Origin: Octopus bimaculoides
Lineage: Eukaryota
Assembly (NCBI RefSeq): GCF_001194135.2
Contig: NC_068983.1
Coordinates: forward strand, 139,913,392-139,953,072
Length of the DNA: 39,681 bases
Direction of reading: 5' to 3'
A program made the translations under genes and the position numbers. The notes under the pieces were generated by a model that searched no databases, had not been told where the DNA came from, and saw only the letters and a program-made list of their open reading frames with translations. Below, one piece after another: positions 35,500 through 39,681 of this stretch; position 1 is the stretch's first letter, and each line of letters starts with the position of its first letter.

Positions 35500-36240
35500 A
35501 CAAAGTCACTTACTCTCGTTCGAAATGTCATCGGTGATGACAAAACGAATATCAGGACCTGCAGTGTCATTGTCACGTTCAGTAGACTCAACAAGAATAT
35601 ATGGAATAAGAAATGCATCACTCCCAGGAAAATATAAAAGTGTACTGTGCTGTAGTTCTACGTGATTGTGAAGTATGGACAGACTACTAATAGCATGCAA
35701 GGAAACTAAAACATGTCTACCTCATCTACCGCTAATAAATGCTTGGAATAAAGAATCATGGCAATATTTCTAACACGGAGGTATTATTTCGTGCTGAACT
35801 GACAAATCCATATGATTCTCATGCAGGCATGTCAACACTGCAAAAGCTACGTATGTCAGACCATCCGCAGTTCAACAGGAGACCAAAGAAAACGTCACAA
35901 AGATACACTGAAAACTCCACTGAAATCTTTCCTCACCTACCACAAACAATGAGAGGGGATAGAGTGAATAAAGAATGGGAGTTAGATAGGTTAGAAACGT
36001 GTGCAATAGTTCAGAAGAGTTTCACGTTATGTAAGGGCAGCTAAATGGATGCTGGTAAAAAAACCTAAGCCAGCGGGAAAAGAAAAAGGGCACCAAGTAT
36101 TCTACTGCCATCTGAATTCTCTGTAGACACAGCCAAAATATCATTTACGCGTGGATTAAGTAAATTAGTGATCTTCAAAATTATAAGACACGGCCACACC
36201 GGGATGACGAGAGAGTCCTCGTCGGATTGACGAACGACCA
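35500..36240 (+). mobile_element. Decayed RTE-clade LINE 3' end with a CA-repeat tail
   Basis: RNVIGDDKTNIR..FSRLNKNIWNKKCIT / IKVYCAVVL.DCEVWTDY**HARKLKH..MLGIK..ISNTEVLFRAEL / KRHKDTLK is typical of the RTE/BovB-like C-terminus. A 3' stem-loop GACGAG-AGAGTC-CTCGTC is followed by (CA)n-like repeats. Confidence 0.85.
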
Positions 36241-36450
36241 TCACACACACACATACACACACATACACACGCACATACACACACACATATACACACACAT
36301 GCACACACATACACACACACACATACACACACATACACACACACATACACACACCTACACCCCCCACACAAACATACACACATCTATGTATGTTTGTGTA
36401 CTTATGCATATGTGTGTGTGTTTATGTATATGAGTGTGTGTGTGTGTGCT
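36241..36450. repeat. Degenerate (CA)n/(CATA)n followed by (TG)n
   Basis: Direct reading; directly follows the RTE 3' end. Confidence 0.9.
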
Positions 36451-36805
36451 TGCTGTACAAATCACGAAGGAGCATATCAGTTAGCGAAATACTATTTTCA
36501 TTTCATCATCATTACAAGTGTGTAAGAAGCGAATGAGTTGTTAGTAGAATTTCTGTGAAAGTTTATCTGGATTTAAATTAATGAGTGGTAGTTCACTAAA
36601 GTGCACATAAACATAGTTGTGGGACTGAGAATGATGCATTGCAACCACTTACCTGTAAGTTCAATACCTACGAGCAAGTGTCTTCAAATTTACATGATGA
36701 AAGAACACAAGGTAGCATATAAAAATATTCGAGGTAATTTAACAAATATTCTTATGAAATTACTAACTCAGCATTTACATATTAACACAATTGGTTTAAC
36801 ATTTT

Positions 36806-36965
36806 CTCACAAGGCCAGCGAGGAAGGTGATAATCGATTACATCATCCCCACTGCTCAACTAGAACCTATGTTATCTACCCTTAAATGAAAACAGAACGT
36901 AAGGACGTTTGAAATGTCGCTAAGTATTTTGCGTAGAGTACTAACGATACAACCAACTCGCCGCC
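36806..36965 (-). mobile_element. tRNA-derived SINE, near full length with an internal deletion
   Basis: CACAAGGCCAGC..TCGATTACATC..CTGCTCAACT..TTATC..CAGAACGTAAGGACG..GAAATGTCGCTAAGTATTT..CTAACGAT..ACTCGCCGCC; the head is homologous to 22443-22510. Confidence 0.75.
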
Positions 36966-37597
36966 TCTCCAGATATATAATATTGATATTACGATGTTTG
37001 TTGCTATTTCTATCAAAGATACAATTTCACTTAGGAATAAACGAATTGAGTAATCCGCGTTCGTAGATTCAGTAGATGAGTAGTACTTTATGGAATAAAA
37101 CTCATTTCCGATTTAAACAGGGAACATAAGCCGGTATTGTGTTATATTCTTCTGTCCTCTAAGTATTCTTATAAATACATTAATATTTTTATTCATGGCG
37201 CTACTGCAAGACCAAACATTTTCATTTGATGATAGTCGGTTAACCTAAATATAAAAATAACAATATGTAATGTCTCAATAATAAAGAATCATTGACTTGC
37301 ATAGAATAATATCTTGTGCTGCAAATGTTTCTTGGAGCAAAGGGTAAATCAGATAAGAGCCTAAAACAAACGAAGATATGCGGCAAGATTGAGAGGATAT
37401 ATTCTCTTCGAATATCCAGTATATTTTTGTGATACACATTCGATTCCAACACACCGCGTTCGAATGAATGTATCCAGCAGAACCAATTACAGTTTATATC
37501 AAAGCAAAGAAAAGAGAATTAATAACTCTTCCTGGCCGCCTTCATGATTGCGTAGATCTCAAAGCGTGGCATGAGTGTGGTGATTAAAACAGCAGAG

Positions 37598-37612
37598 AGA
37601 AAGAAAGAAGGA

Positions 37613-37648
<36 letters not shown>

Positions 37649-37675
37649 AATAAAGAAAGAAAGAAAGAAAGAAGT
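37598..37675. repeat. (GAAA)n microsatellite
   Basis: Direct reading of the sequence. Confidence 0.95.
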
Positions 37676-38510
37676 ATAAGAAAGAAATTGAGGGAAGGAT
37701 ATTACATGTTTAATATTTATTTGATCGGCTGTGACTTTGTGAATGATGACTTGAAATGAGCGAAATGATCACAAGACGTTACACAGGTGATTTTGCTAAC
37801 CGCTGCCTATAACCCTTCAGCATTTTAATTATGGACATTAGTTGAAAATACCTACAAACTCCAACAGAATTTAATTAACGAGAACATGCCGTAACTAAGC
37901 AACCTTACATTTTCGAGCAGATGCCTATTTAATAATGAAATTTCGTGAGATTATTAAGCTCATACATTTGTTAGGATAAAGAATGTATTTTAATTTCTTC
38001 TGTGAAGAAACAAAACCAATTACTCGGCGTTTATGTACGATTAGAGTTGTCCATATAGGGATAATTAATTCTACTGACTTCACTGTGAGATAAGGATATC
38101 TATTATTATGTAACATCAGAAATAATATTTTTAAAGGCGTAGTAAATTATATAGAATCTCTGAGGAAACAAAGCAATCTATTAACTTGCACTTCTTCCAA
38201 GGTAGAACTTCAGCAATTTAAAAGCTGATCATCTTCTGATTCAGGTATGTCTTAATGGCCTTGTTTGCGGCATAGCCCAAATCACACACAATGTTTCCAG
38301 GGTAGCACCCACACTTTACGTCATCCTCCTGCTTTAAGTATCTATTTTTACGAGTAAGAATACGGATGTAAATCTGCGCCTTTATAAAGACACGCGCTTT
38401 CGTAATTTACGGCGTGTACACAACAATCTGCACATAGATATATATAATTCTCCTCCTGAAATCTTACTTGAATATCCAATATAACAATGAAGTTCACTGC
38501 GCTTTGTCGA

Positions 38511-38590
38511 GACGATGATGACGATGAGGATGATGATGATGACGATGAGGATGATGATGATGACGATGAGGATGATAATGATGATGATGC

Positions 38591-38622
<32 letters not shown>

Positions 38623-38694
38623 ATGATCTGTAGCAGCAGCAGCCACAACAACGGCAACAGCAGCAGCAACAGTAGTAGTTGTAGTAGTAGTTGT

Positions 38695-38785
<91 letters not shown>
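38511..38785. repeat. Compound trinucleotide array (GAT)n-(CAG)n-(TAG)n with a 21-bp higher-order unit at its start
   Basis: GATGATGACGATGAGGATGAT is repeated about 3 times, followed by GAT, CAG and TAG runs. Confidence 0.95.
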
Positions 38786-39681
38786 TTTTCTTAAACATAA
38801 TGTATTTATGGAAACGTGTATATAATGGAATGATGACGTGTTTTTTTTTTTCTTTATTATTTCACGAAACTCCAGGAGTGAAATTTCACAGACGCCTTCT
38901 AGGTGATGAACCTTAGGAATCATATTTAGACCAATGTCTTGTACGAAACTAATAATTTATCTGTAGTACAGTGTTCAATTGTTTTCGTTAACTTGATAGT
39001 ATGAAGAGTATACACTAGTTGCAATAGTAGTTGTTGTTGACAGAATAGAATTATTTCAAAAGGTCTGTTCTGTTTTTTTTTTACCAACGTAATTTGTAAT
39101 TTTATTTTTTCTTTTGTTTATGTTTGTATCTGTTTTCTACTGTCTTCCAACATTGTATTTTTATCCAAGATTGATTTATTGAAATATGAATGAATACTCT
39201 TCTTAGAAAAAACTATAGGAAAAATAAATAACAGTTAAAACAAGGCAAACATCACTACCCACACGAAAAATATTACAAGCAGAAACAATAAAAATACAAA
39301 CATCAAAACGCTTCTAACTTAACATCACAAATCTTCATCAGGTTTCCGCCTGAATGATTCGCATATTTTATACTTGGACTTATTTTTACTGATATGTATG
39401 CGCCGTCATATCGAAACGTATTTCAGTACTTCATTTATTGTTGTGCTTCAATTTATATCTTTTCTTTGTAATGTTATTTCTAACATATACATATATTGTT
39501 TGATCGATTTCTCTGCATCTCATCTTCCTTCGAACGTTTTTCTTTCGTCTTTCTCAGTGTATTTATCTCTCTTCCATATATGTACATCTCTCACTCTTTT
39601 TCTTTCTCTCTCTCTCTCTTTCTCTCGCTCTCTCTTTGTAAATATATATTTGTAAGTATATATATATATATATATATATAT

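Noticed and set aside
38206-38244. Possible plus-strand 39-nt exon (NFSNLKADHLLIQ) with a CAG|GTATGT donor
   Set aside because: The open frame requires skipping a better AG 4 nt upstream, and there is no supporting homology.
38487-38633. 48-aa mini-ORF MKFTALCR followed by poly-Asp
   Set aside because: It is almost entirely (GAT)n microsatellite, with no other evidence for coding.

Overview
AT-rich, microsatellite-dense eukaryotic DNA with ten assembly gaps (about 4.2 kb of N, mostly flanked by simple repeats). The SINE, LINE and DNA-transposon families look like those of octopus or coleoid cephalopods; this is inferred from recalled repeat consensus features, not a database search. No host protein-coding gene can be identified with confidence, so the window is probably intergenic or inside a long intron. 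It holds a young CR1/L2-type LINE 3' end, older CR1-like and RTE LINE remnants, and decayed IS630-Tc1-mariner transposons (DD37D/maT, DD34D mariner, DD41D). It also holds a hAT MITE with an intact 8-bp TSD and several tRNA-derived or CORE SINEs. The most interesting observations are: (1) a roughly 330-nt terminally redundant element with a minimal hammerhead-ribozyme-like fold (candidate retrozyme or Penelope pLTR, two copies); (2) a minus-strand AG|GTAAGT site followed by a 32-nt mini-exon (recursive-splice or microexon architecture); (3) a long inverted repeat with perfect stems; (4) a rearranged DD41D/mariner composite ending in a TIR-(TA)6-TIR palindrome; (5) a LINE 3' end shared with the local SINE tail. 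All protein assignments are by manual translation and motif recognition.
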